Assembly (NCBI GenBank): GCA_965202585.1
Contig: OZ241828.1
Coordinates: forward strand, 48,174,001 to 48,238,000
DNA: 64,000 nt
From: Thalia democratica
Lineage: Eukaryota
Reading direction: 5' to 3'
Below are positions 1 to 12,582 of this stretch, one piece after another. A program made the translations under genes and the position numbers. The stretch's first letter is position 1, and the number at the start of each line of letters is the position of its first letter. The notes beneath the pieces were generated by a model. It did not search any database. It was not told the origin of the DNA and saw nothing but the letters and a program-made list of their open reading frames with translations.

Positions 1-300
1 AAAGTAATAAGTTAATAAGTTATAAGATAAGAACTAGTCTAGTATACAAAAAAAAATATTTTTACCGATTCAACAGAAGTTCTAAAAATATTAAGCTTTT
101 TTTAAAGTTAAATTTTAGTTTCAATTGTTGAATTAGGAAATTTACATTTAACTACTTATTACTTTAAAATATATATATATAAATCAAAGGAGGAATAAAG
201 AATAATAAGTGAAATTCAAACCTAAGAAAAATAAGTAAATTTATATACCTAAAATAAAAAAACACAATACTACGATATAACAAGTTAATGATTTTTACAG

Positions 301-459
301 TTTACTAATGTCACAATGAACTCAAACAATTTAATGAAAGGATCTTTTTCATTAGTTCAGGAACGGAGTCGTTTTAAGATAGCCGATGAAATTGACTATT
401 CTATTGATTTTAAAGATTGTAAACTAAATTTCAAAGCTAAAGTTTGTTCAGAAGAGTAA
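301..459 (+). CDS. Coding exon of an unidentified gene entering from the left (FTNVTMNS...KAKVCSEE)
   Basis: Pyrimidine-rich acceptor (gatttttacag) followed by 52 open codons in a very AT-rich background. It ends in TAA at 457-459, or uses the GT donor at 456 (phase 2), which would fit a short terminal exon at 3973-3997 (ECFDRLIE*). No family recognised. Confidence 0.45.
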   Translation, partial: FTNVTMNSNNLMKGSFSLVQERSRFKIADEIDYSIDFKDCKLNFKAKVCSEE

Positions 460-752
460 TATATATACTTTATAAACTTTTATTTTTAATATTTCTATTT
501 AAACTAAGGGCCAGATCAATTTGAAAACTTAAAATATAATTATTAACATATAAAAAAAACATAACAAATGATATAATAAGATAAAGACAAAAAGAATTAA
601 AGACATAGTTAAGGACGATTTGATAATTTCAAACATTATAATACTGTTACTGAATTAGTAAACGATGCGTTTGTTTATATCGATTTTTATAATCTTATTT
701 TTTATAACACTTATAACTTTTTTTTTCATAACTACTTCAAAACACTTCAGAT

Positions 753-1147
753 CAGGGTTTCCCAAAGTTTTCAATATAGTCCCCTTATGGGCTATCTCAG
801 CAAGTCGGGGAGCAATAAGCAGCTTAGAGGAAAAAGAAGGGTTCGTGACTAGTAAAAAGGTAATAAGGTCGTTCTTAAGTATTTTTAAAAATATTCGAAA
901 TGTACACTAGATACTGTGGGGTTTGTATTGAAAAGCAAAAGTAGGTCTTAGGTATATTTTACGTGAAATTTTAAACCTATAATAGATATTGTGGGGTTAC
1001 TACTTCAGAACAATAAAAAAGTTTTAGGCACAAATTACAGTAGATTTGAAACTTACACTAGATTTCCTAGAGATTGCAATGACTGGAAGCGACAATTTTT
1101 TATTTTTGTAAAAATAGCCTTTATGAAAATGAGTTTGGGAAACCCTG
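753..1147. mobile_element. hAT-like MITE (CAGGGTTTCCCAAA TIR)
   Basis: Perfect 14-bp TIR cagggtttcccaaa...tttgggaaaccctg. The TSD is eroded; related copies are at 33257 and 50102. Confidence 0.7.
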
Positions 1148-2116
1148 ATTTAAGTTTCATTTTTGTTTACTTTGATATTTATATGTTTTGTAAAAAATAT
1201 TTGTTATCAAATTGTCAAAATAATGTTTTTTTGATAAACTACTACTATTTTAACAAGTTTTTTACTACATATCATTCGTTGCATAAGTTTTTATAACTTA
1301 TTAAAAATAAACTTTGTACTTTTCTATTACCTATCTTAATATTTTTATTCCATCGATATTGACAAACAAACATCTTTAGTAGCATATGATATTATAATTG
1401 TTATTGATATTTAACGAAGATCCATAAAATAATTTTAAACTTTTTATTTCAACCTTTTTTTTCTAAATAGTATAATTTAGTAGATAAAAGTAGTCATTTA
1501 CTAGTTTACTTAGTTTATAAATTTTGTGTGATATTTAATGTTATTACATTTATTTTACTAAATATTTAATTGAGTTAGAATAGTTAATCATTTGTTGAAA
1601 TTTTAATTTACTTACAATTATTTTTATAAAGCAAATATAGGTTTATATACTTTTGAACTTTAAAACGAAATTGACACTACCAAATATTAACAAAAGACCT
1701 TTGTATAAAAAGACTTCTCGTCATCTACCCACACAAAATATGTTACCTAAAATTACTTTGTATCATAAAAATCAACTAAATGTTTATGTTTAGTTAACTA
1801 AAAAACTTAAATTTAAAAAAAGAAGAAACTATCAAAATTAAAATCAAATAAAACACCTTATTTCGCATTAAGTAAAATTAAAAATAATGGTATTTAATTA
1901 CAGTATAAAAACTTGCTAAAAAACATACTTATCATATATGCATATAAAAATACAATACTATCATGTTAAACATAAACAAATTATAGTAGGTACTATTACA
2001 ATTAATACTATACCAATGAAATTTAAACCAGTACAATTTAATCAATAACAACTATAAAACTTTAAGAGAAAATTGTTGTATATATTTTTTTAGAATGAAA
2101 AAAACAAGATCCGTAT

Positions 2117-3082
2117 ACTTGGTGGGTATCACTTACGCATGGAGACACTTTTGCACAAAGGGTCATTTTTGCACGGCGTTACTTTGTATCTTTTCACTCT
2201 GACCCTAACCCTGAACCCAACCATAACTCCAGTGCTACCCTGAGCTTAACCTTAACTCTAACCCTGACCCTAACTCTTATTCAGGTTTTTTAACTTTACT
2301 CTAAATCTTGGGTAGCTGTCAAATTTGCACGAGCGTAAAAATTTCACGATAGCACAAAATTGCAAGAAGATACTCTTGCATGAAGATACTTTTACACGAA
2401 GGGTCACTTTTGCACGAAGACACTTTTGCACGAGCACGGAGACATTTTTGCACGAGGTGAATCTTTTTTTTTTACTTTCACTGTTACCCCTAACCCTTAC
2501 CCTCGGTCAGTATTTTTTTTTACTTTTTATAAGTTAGTTTTTTTTTATATTACTGTTACCCCTAAGCCTTACCCTTGGTCGTTAGCTTTTTTTTTAATTA
2601 ACTTATTTTTACTTACTTATATTTTATTTTTAAATAAATTTTATTATTTATTTTTTTTACTATCACTTTACTCCTAACCCTTACCCTCGGTCATTAACTT
2701 TTTATTTCTTTTTGTTCTTATATTAGCTTGTCTTTTTTTCTTTTTCTGTTTATTTTTAATATATATTCTTTTTTTCTGTTTTTTTACTCTCGTGCAATAA
2801 TAATCCTCCGTGCAAAATTGTAACTCCTGCAAAATTTACCCTTGATAAAATATTGTTTTCGTGCAATCTTGTCCCATTGTGCAAATTTGTATTGTTGCAA
2901 AATTATCTTCGTACAATTTTGTGCTATCGTGCAATTTTGTCTTCGTGTAGTTTAGTCCCGTCGTGCAATTTTGACCCGTTCCCCTAAATCTTACCCTAAC
3001 CATAACCCTGACATCGTACAAAGTGGACAATCTTGCAAAAGTGACGCCGTGAAAATCTGACACTCGTACAAAATCGACCCGT
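2117..3082. mobile_element. Nested pair of Mutator-like (MULE) foldback MITEs with TTTTGCACG subterminal repeats
   Basis: The inner element 2310-2983 is flanked by a perfect 9-bp direct repeat ctaaatctt (2301-2309, 2984-2992), with G-initiated TIRs. The outer arms are at about 2120-2180 and 3015-3082, with a degenerate TAACCC tract split by the insertion. Confidence 0.8.
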
Positions 3083-4325
3083 TTTACACTACCAACTGTT
3101 TATAATTTATTTTTTTTTGGTTTTTAGTAAAATATCCCTTATTTCAACCAAAAAGCTTTTAAAAAAGCCTTTGTCTTTGAATCCATTAGTTATTCTAGTC
3201 CATAGCTTACAACCCTTATAAACTAAAGAGTTTTGTCCATGTTTATTATCAGATTTAAAAAAAAAGTAGTTTCTCTTAAAATATCTTGTTTAATGCTCAT
3301 GTACTCATCTAAATTTCGAAAAGTACTTAAACTTATCAGCTAAAAATATTTCCTACTAAAACACAAAGACACATAACTGATGTTAAAAAATAAATTCTAA
3401 TAATTTTTTTGTTGTATCAGGTTTCTTACACTTTCACCATATATTATGAGTAATACATCTAAGTGTTCTACTATCAGTAAATTAACTACACTAACTCTAA
3501 CATTATTAGTTTTACCCAAACACAACCCCAAGTCTACCGATTCTTTAAAAAAAAAAGATTAAATACCTAAATTTTACACTTTTTTTTTTTTAAATCTAAA
3601 GTATCAATTATTTTAAATATTTCCCCATTACTGTTTGTTATAAGCACTAATTACAAAAGCATATTTATAACTTTTAACTATCTCATTGATAATTTTATGT
3701 ATCTTGTTTTCAAAATTAATATTTTACTTTTTTTTCACTGGATGGAAGAATATGCTTCTAGTTTTATTAGTACTTGATTAAATTTTATTCACCCTAAGTC
3801 AATCTAAACCTGTTTGTGCAATCCAACTTAAATATAGTAAATTTTGAAATGTTAAATGTTTTTTAACCACTAAGAAAAAAACACTATTCAAGAAAAACTA
3901 TTCTAATAAAAAAATCTTTATTTAAAAAAATTATGAATTAAACTCTGCAAATTCAGAAATTATTATTTGCAGGTGCTTTGATAGATTGATTGAATAAATT
4001 AAAATACATTAGTAATCGTCAAAAACTTTAGTTTTTACTTACTTCAATAACTAAAATACCTTTTAAAAGATCTTAATTTTTACTTATTCTACACATTTCA
4101 ACACTTTGTAAAATCTTAACAAAGAGTGCATAGACTGCTTAAAATATTTGAACAAAATTGTCCTTTTTTCCGTAGCAAGTGATAAAAGCTGAAAATAAAC
4201 AAACATGATTTGTAACTAAAATATGTTAATAGTTTTTACTACGTAGTTAAAGCACTTAACACCTTTTAGGGAAACTTTTGAAAACAGAACTTTAATTAAT
4301 TATTGTTAGAATAAGTCGTATAAAG

Positions 4326-4448
4326 TTTATTAAATCACAAAATAAATGCTATCAAAATATTTGGTCCTAGGACGTGGTGCACGTAGAACCTTTCGGTTTT
4401 CGAGCGCACACCACGGATACCTTTTAACGTCTTGTACAGGATATAAAT
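4326..4448 (+). repeat. Dispersed repeat, copy 1 (inverted relative to 11901-12023)
   Basis: About 120 nt alignable by eye (roughly 80%), with the core ggtcctaggac..gtggtgcacg..cgcacaccacggatacc. Confidence 0.8.
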
Positions 4449-5226
4449 AAATTTATAGTAATTTTTAGAGTTATTTAGGCTTTTAGTAGTTATGATCTAA
4501 ACAGTTTTAACTATAAAAAGTTAAAAATATAATGTTTTTTATGGTTAAACAAAAAACAATAATAAAAAAGCTAGAAGTAATAAATAATCTAAATATTAGG
4601 CAGTTAACTTCAATATGTGTCATGACTTTTAAATCTACTGCTTATCAAATTATTTACAACTTCATGTATATCAAAATATTTTGTTTTGATTTAATAAAAA
4701 TATTAGTACATATATTTAGAGTTAAACTTTTTTTTTTACGGTTTTACTTTGTTCAGAATGGTAAGCACTAAATTTTTCGAACAAAATAAGTAAACTATGG
4801 AAAAATCTCAAACAAACTTAACAATAAAAAATTGGTCTTCAAGAAAAAAATTGGTCTTGTTACTTTTAACTACTAAACAAATAAGATATAAATTAAAAGT
4901 TGTACTGGGTTAATAATTAGGCTTCTTTTATATAAATGTTAAAAAAAACAGTGAACAAACAACCTTGAATATTTTATTTATTAACAATGATAGAAAATGT
5001 AAATCTATAGTATAATATTTTTTAATTAGATTTATATAAAACAAAACAACATTCAAAGTATGTTACTTTTAACAAAAGTTAGAGCTAAAATAAAGTTCAT
5101 TGAAACCTTTATTAAATAAAGTTTAAGAAAACTAAACTTATCTCAAATATAAGTCAAACAGATAGAACAAGAATTTATAAAAATATACTCAAACTATCAA
5201 CTTATTTATAAAGTTGTGAGCTTTAT

Positions 5227-5403
5227 CTATTCTCCAATGTTTGTGACATTGCTGCTCCTATTACTCCTGTTGTGATCATTGCTGTTAGTTTCGTTTACTG
5301 GTCTCACTATCCAATTTTCTTTTATTGTGCTGATTATCAAGTATGCTAGGGTCATTAGCATGAGACCTGCCATCATTAACATAAATAAAAATTCAACTTG
5401 CAT
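5227..5403 (-). CDS. 58-aa single-TM microprotein or terminal coding exon (MQVEFLFMLMMAGLMLMTLAYLIISTIKENWIVRPVNETNSNDHNRSNRSSNVTNIGE)
   Basis: Open frame with elevated GC, a hydrophobic run of about 20 aa and a polar tail. The frame stays open upstream to an AG at 5447-5448 (phase 2). It is below the 60-aa cutoff of the supplied ORF track. Confidence 0.5.
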   Translation of the reverse strand: MQVEFLFMLMMAGLMLMTLAYLIISTIKENWIVRPVNETNSNDHNRSNRSSNVTNIGE

Positions 5404-7035
5404 GTTTTTTTTAGATCTAGCGAATGTTAATAATAAAAGTACCTTCCTAAGTTAGGTATGTCCAGTGTACTAACTAGTTTTAAACTAAATACCTATAAAA
5501 ATGGTATTTGTGAAAGTATAATAAAAACCTAAAAGTATAAATAAAAGTAATTTTATATTGGTCCGTTATATAGCATAAGTTTTATACAATTATGATTGTG
5601 CAACAGTTGTTCAGTAGTATATATTTTTTAAATTAATTAGAATCTATCTCGAAAGTATCATTTTAGCTACAACCTAGTATAAATTCAAAAACAACGAAAC
5701 AGTTTTTATTAAAGATTTAAGTCAATTTTTTGGTGTATTTGCATTATTAGAACGAAAATCTAAGTATTATATAAAACATAAACTATACTTTTTAATGATA
5801 ATTAATTTTTCACTAATATTTGCTGAATCTTTATTTTTAAGTTACGTTACTGTTTCAATAATAATTTCAACAAACTTTAGAAATTTCAAACCACTTATAT
5901 ATTAAATTAAAAAAATATAAATTGCTAGCTATGTAAGAGTGAAAGTTAGAAATTTACGACATATAAACTATAAAATTCCAAATATTATTAAAAAATTAAA
6001 TCGAATCACTTCATTTATTTTGCTATCTTAAACCATATGTTTAGCGTTTAAATTAACTTACATAACTTGTAGGTTTACTAATTTATAGGTAGTTGTAAAA
6101 ACGTTTTAGATTAAAGAAAAACTAGTTTATTCTTTTCTTAACTATTGCATCTTTTTTTAGCAGATAAAATGCTTAATTTATTTTTGATTTGAATAGTCAT
6201 ACACAAAACAATATTATAACTTTCTTTAAATACGATAAATAGTTTGTAATTCTGTATTAAAGAAAAGAAACTTCAATGTTTATATAAAAGTTTTATGTAA
6301 AAAAGGATTAAATGTATAAAACGTAAAATATTTTTTTTTGATATAAATGATTTATTAATAGTAAATTTAACTCTATACAAATTTTGTAAAATTAAAAAAA
6401 TAATAAGTTTTCTCTTTTAGTAAAAATTTTTATTCAAAAATAGTTTAAGTACAATTTTTTTCTAAATTAGCTAAACAGTTTGCAATTCTGTAGAGAAAAT
6501 ATTTTTTTTTATGTTAAATTTATTTCATTAATTTTTAAATGGTTCTCTAAAACTTTTACTTAAAAAAGCCACTTAGTGTATAACTCTTAAAACAAAAACT
6601 AAAGTCCCTTTCAATTAAATAAATGATTAATAGTAGGTAATTCTAAGTTAACTATATATAAAACTTATAAGATTTATCAAAAAAAAAGAGAAATAACAGC
6701 TTATTAAATGTTTCTAAATATCATGGTGTCCCAAAGTGTACACTACACCTGTGCAAATCAAAAAAAAAAGTAGTTCCTTATGCAAATTTATCAATTATTA
6801 AGCTCTAAAGTTGTTATAAATCAGTTTTTTTGGTAATTTTTGATAGGTTTTAATCTATTTACAAAAATAACTATATATAAAATAAAAACTAAAAGTCATT
6901 TTTAACGAAATAGAAGTACTTTAATTGATATAGTATTCTCAGAGTTTTTCTTGTAAGGTATTGTGTGCGCATTTAAAAAATCTGGTATCACTGTAATTAG
7001 AAATCAAATAAAACGTTTTTTTTCAACTAAAGCTA

Positions 7036-7148
7036 AACTTAACTGTAAGATCCTCAACAACAACAATCCATGCCACATTATGCGCCCTGGTTTGTCCTCA
7101 TTATGAATCGTCAGGCAGACACAGTCGCGGTGAATCGTTGTATTAGTC
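7036..7148 (+). CDS. Possible terminal exon of a plus-strand transcript
   Basis: Acceptor (ttttttcaactaaag), GC-richer open stretch, TAG, then AATAAA at about 7155. A candidate preceding exon is 6943-6984. The reading frame is ambiguous. Confidence 0.25.
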
Positions 7149-9401
7149 CAACGCAATAAAATAACTCATTATAATTATAGTATCAAAATCTAGCTATGCC
7201 ATGGAAGAAAACACAACCAAGAAAAAAATTCAAAACAATTACAAAAAAAATGTACAAGAATTAAAAAATCTTTTAAATTGATAATCAGCTCATTTTAAAT
7301 ATACTAACTAAAATTAATACAACATAGTCTTAGTTTTAAACTAAAGCTTATTTAGGTATAATTCAAATAAAAAAATCTTTATAACTTATTGATCATTCTC
7401 CTTATCATTAAGTCGCGAACTTTTGTTGTAATCTATAAAGTAAAAAGTAGACAAATCTATATAACAACTAAATACACCTTTTTTTATTACAATTGCAATC
7501 AATCGTAAGGTAACCTTTTTTTAACTTTAAGCTATTTTATAACCACAAATTTATTCTATTATTAGATTTTAATAGATTCTAGAACTTGTATTTACTTCAA
7601 AATTTATATACTAAGTATGTAGGCGAAATCTTGAAGATAAAAAAATACGTTTTTAAAACGACTTAAACAACAGTTTTTGTAGTAAAAACTAACCTTTAGG
7701 ATTTTGTTACCAAAATTAGTAGTAACTAGTACTTAATCTTTGAACTGTTTTTTTTATTCTAAGTTTAAGTCGAATATTTTTGATAACATTTTTTTTTAAA
7801 CAACTGCGGCTCGCGGAAGATTTTATTTTACATAGCGCAGTCTACGAGCGACTTTTTATAAATAAATTTGCCTGTTATTTAAAAAATACTGCCGACCTTT
7901 GTGTTATGTATAAATATCTCTAATTAAGAATAACTATTTTTTACGCAAATTCTTCATTAAAATGCCTGACGACGTAATAATCTATGGGTAATGGGCAGCG
8001 AAACTGCCAATCTATTAATGTATTTTAGTACAGAAACGGGCATTTTTGTTTTCCGATGGGCTTTGGTTGTTGGATCTTAGCATTTAACTCTTTACTTACT
8101 ATGAAATTTATATTTATCAACTAAGACTCATATCATCTAGACCATTTTTTCTTAGCCGGAGGTAAATTTATCCATGGGAGAAAATTCCCTTGTTTTAGGG
8201 GGTACATTTCTTTGTCACAAGTTATATAATATACTGTTTATTAGCTTTCTTTTCAATTTATAACTTAATATATTACTTTATTTTTTTAAAGGTAAATAAA
8301 ATAAAAGTTTGACAACTTTTTATATTATTATGCTTAAAGTTCGAAAAATCTAGTTTTTATCCTCGAAATTAAACACTATTTTGTATATTTAGGGTAAACT
8401 TGGTAATTAACTTCCGAAAAGGGGTAAAAAGTAAAACATTGGTTGAAATCCGCTGATCTAGTCGTTTTGATTTATACGTTTTTAAGATTATAACATTTGT
8501 TTATTGATAATTTCTATATTGATGGTTAAAAACGATGAAAACTTTCTTTTAAAAGATACATTTTAATTAACGAATTAAATTGAACTATTTTAACATTTTT
8601 GTATAAAAAACTAAGTTTTATATAAAACATTTCTTTCATTGAGCATTTTAAAACAAGCTCCTAAAATTATATAAATCTATTTATACAAATTTAAATGATT
8701 AATAAGACTTATCTTGTTTGTATCAAACCAGCTTGTGCATATATGGCTATATCAATTATTCATATATAAATGGTATAAACAAAATTTAAAAAAATGTAAT
8801 AGTACGCCATGTAAAGTTTTTGGTAATGTAGTTGCTTATTTCATGGCTTAAGACTAATGAATTTTAAATTTCACTCACTACCATTTCAGACCCTTATCAC
8901 TTAGATTTTAATATTAGTTTTATCATTACATAGTTGGTAGTATTTACAAACATAAGATTTTACAATAGGAAAAAGAAACTCCCTACTAAATTATTCGAAA
9001 ATAATAGCTTTTAATACTACTTGTAAAATAACCGTATAATCGCATAAAGGGTCCTTAAAATAGAAGTTTAATTTAAAGAACATGATAAAAGCCTATAAGC
9101 ATACGTCGATGATACAAACTCCTCAAGGTACAAAAAAATCAAACGCTTTTTAACAAAATTGATGTTACTTATCAAATTATAAGTAGAGAAAAGACTAAAG
9201 GTATTACTTGCATTGTCAGTTTATTCACAAAATTTGTTACTTTCTAAACTATAAAAATGCATTTGTTGTAAAATAATATTGAAATATAATATAAATTTTA
9301 ATTTCAACAATAAGAAAAAAAATTGGACAAAAATTCACAGTATATGATCAGTTTTCAACAATTTAGTTGTTCGGATGTTTTTGTTTTCTATAAATTCTTA
9401 C

Positions 9402-11428
9402 TTGTTCAGATGTATAACAAATAAAACTGTATGCGTTGTTTTAGCTTCTTCACTGATTTCTCTTTGAGGATAAAACTCAAGGTTTTTCACAAACTTCAAA
9501 AGGGTTGTATAATGCTGCTGCAATTCCTTATTGCAATCTTGATACTTTGGATAGAATTTAGCTTTTATTTTCCGAACGTCGCGCAAACAGTTCAAAACAC
9601 GCTCAACGTGTGGTTGTTTGCGGCCTATTTCAGAATGTATTGCGTTTATGAAGTAGCGAATGGCATATTTTAGCACAACTTGACGTACAATTTTCCTTGA
9701 TAGTCCAGCTACCATTTTGTGTATGATATATGAAACTGAAGTTAGCAAATTTAATAGAGCTCTAATAAAGAAAGAATAAAGATTATTTTAGTTGTAAAAA
9801 TTCTTACCAAGTTTTAAAGTACTAGAATGATTTAATTTCAGTTCTATAAATTTAGTATATAATCTGAATTGAATTTTATATTTATAAAAGTATTTTTGAT
9901 AAAATGTCTATAAACTCACATATGTTTTAAAACTTCTACATGATTATGTAAGTAAAGAAAAACTTTTAACAACATTTTCTGTTACTATATTAACATATCA
10001 CATTTGCTCAAATAGTAATGTAAATTTACTAAGAGTATAACAAAACAGTTTTCTTATTTTGCTCTATAACTAGTAGATAACTTGTTAAAATTCATATAGT
10101 CAATCAAAGTTGTTATTGTAAAGCTTTGTAGTAACTATGCAATCAACTATGTATTTTTAAACATTTAATTAGCTAAAAGAAAACGATTACTTTTGAAAAC
10201 CAAATAAATACTTTAAAAAACAAAAAATTTTGTCCAGCAAAAGTTTGTTGAATATTTAATTATTGTTTAAAAATAAAGTTTAAAAAAAGTAACTTTAAGT
10301 AGTAGTCGGCAGTTAACTATGAAAAACGGGTAAAGTTTAATAAAAATTTCTTTGAGGGCCATGATATTTTTGAATTTTTTAAATGTAAATGTTTTATAAA
10401 AGAACAGTTATGTAATAAAACAAATATAAACAGACAGCAGAGTTTACTCTGAAGTAAATTAAGACCTTCTTTGTAAACTAATATTACAAAAAAAATCAAT
10501 CTTGCTTTGTCTACACTAGCTATTTTAAAACTTACAAGCACGTCACGGGCAAGAAATTATTTTGGGGTCGTAGTATGCCGACTTCTGCTAAAAGTTACAG
10601 TTTCAATCTTATCAAAACAATAAATTTTGAATGAAATTTAATTTTTTTTTATAAAGGTGCTTAAAAAATTGGAATTTGAAAATTTAATACTTTTTATTTC
10701 GTAATATCCAATGCATACACAAGTAAAACCACTTAAATATCTTACAGTGCTTGTTTTCATTCGTCAAAATTTCGTTTTTACACTTGTAGTAACACTTTAG
10801 ATTAGTTGAAAAAATTCAAGTTAAATAAAAATGTTCTATAATTTAAAAGTTTATTTACTTCAGCTCAAACTAAAGGCTGCTTATTAATGCTGTTAATATT
10901 AACAATTGAATAATGTTTAAGATTAAGATTAAATTCATATCAATTCGCATAGAAACTAATTTACTTTGCATCGATATTTAACTAATAAAAAAATTTATTA
11001 GTAAAGACCTATATTCTATAATATTTAATACTGAGTTTTGATGTTATAAATTATTTTAACACAATACGCATTAAAAAATACAACTAAACCATAACAGTTT
11101 TAGTTTATTTTAAACATTTTCAAAAATAATTCAATCATTTTTTTACTATTCTAATAATTCTCTCAGTTCTTTTTTAATTAGGTATTTAAAACAACCTTTT
11201 TAAATTTCAAATATTTTTATCAGTATACTTATAATTGAAAAACTGCTCTTACAAAAATTTTCTAAGTTGTTACACTCAACCTTTTAAGCTACAACTGATT
11301 TGATACAATGCTGTCGACTAAAATACAGTCACGTTTTCATTTTTTCCTGAATAAATTTCTAATTAGTACCATTAAATAACTAATTAGTACTTCAAGTTAT
11401 TTTTATTATTTTTCGTTAGAGTTGCCAT
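9402..11428 (-). CDS. Uncharacterised multi-exon gene; 3' end unresolved
   Basis: Phase-compatible exons 10746-10794, 10536-10587 and 9402-9761 (120 codons; strong polypyrimidine acceptor, GTAAGA donor). A tentative start exon is 11391-11428 (AAAGATGG), with a 25-nt exon at 11293-11317. Protein: ...CYYKCKNEILTNENKHSEVGILRPQNNFLPVTCLALLNLLTSVSYIIHKMVAGLSRKIVRQVVLKYAIRYFINAIHSEIGRKQPHVERVLNCL... No family recognised. Confidence 0.55.
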
Positions 11429-11900
11429 CTTTGAAACAAAAGGTTCAGATGAAATTCACTTAATTCTTTTAGTAAGTGTCATTAAATTTTTAAATACTGT
11501 TTACCCTCCTTAAATGACTTATGTTAAAGAAAAAAGTCTGTTTTTTTTGAAATTTAGAAAATAATCAATTTTTTTTGTAAGTTTAAACAAGTTTAAAATA
11601 TTTGAATAACTCTAAAAATAAACCATAAAATAACGTTTTGGCCTGTAATTTTTCAATTTTGATTAGTATTTTCTATGTTTTATTTTGTAAAAGAAATTTT
11701 TTCTGAGTTTTTAAGTTAAGTAAGTACCCAGCATAATGTAAAATTAAAACATTCAAAGATTTACTTAAAAAAAGTGTATCTAAAATAAACTACTTACTCT
11801 AATTTGTAGTTATACAGAGAAATTTGCTCAAGTTTTTTTTCTATATGTGTCGAACACTTGGTTTCAATATTGCAACGTTCAAAACAGAGTTTTTAGAGCT

Positions 11901-12023
11901 ATTTCTGTCCTGGAAAAGACATTAAAAAAGGTATCCGTGGTGTGCGACTCAATAACCGAAAAGTCCTTCGTGCACCAGGTCCTAGGACCAAATGTTTTAA
12001 GCATTTTTTTGTCTTTCAATAAA
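11901..12023 (-). repeat. Dispersed repeat, copy 2
   Basis: Reverse complement aligns to 4326-4448 and contains the perfect palindrome ggtcctaggacc. Confidence 0.8.
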
Positions 12024-12231
12024 ACAATAAACTAAATATTACGATGCCTACGCCATCAGGCCTTATAAATAATAAAGCGAAAACTTGTATTACTAACTAG
12101 CAAGTATTGTACCTTTGTACAACTGCAAATCACATGAAAAAACTATTAATAATTATCCAACAACAGAAAGTTAATATCTGATTTTAGAACTCAAAACCTG
12201 ACTAAAAAGTATAATCTTGAAGTTTACAGAA

Positions 12232-12582
12232 TAGGGGTGGGCATCTTTTGTTTACATGGATAGTTTTCAAACTTTAAAATAAACAGGTTTGCTATAAATA
12301 TTTTAAAAATTTTCTTTAGGTTTTTTAATTTTTCCAGGTTTTTGAAACTAAGAGTGTCTTAAATAGAATAAAAATATTGAAAAGATAATGTGATGCTACT
12401 TTGAATGTGTTTAATGATAAATAAAATTCGAAATAATACAAAAAAAAGTTTTGTATGATAGATTTTTCGTTTCTAATCTAAATTTAATTATTTTTCATGA
12501 AAAAATTGTCAAAAACTGTAGATTTTTTTGAAATTCCAAATTTTTTGCCTAATTTGTCAAAATTCCGGTTTCATGGAATCCC
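12232..12582. mobile_element. Degenerate MITE of the CCAGGTTTT family
   Basis: Shares atgatagatttttc and ccaggtttt motifs with 30263-30655 and 35112-35487; eroded termini. Confidence 0.45.

Noticed and set aside
665-1296. ORFs 665-910 and 991-1296
   Set aside because: They overlap the hAT-like MITE, have AT-biased low-complexity translations and show no exon structure.
2199-2278. True telomere or chromosome-fusion scar
   Set aside because: The tract is short, degenerate and internal to a transposon-like element.
2325-3063. ORFs 2325-2537, 2426-2677, 2836-3063 (also 23967-24227, 61066-61275, 61290-61484)
   Set aside because: They lie within MITE repeats and T-rich spacers. The Phe/Leu-rich or repeated TFAR translations are artefacts.
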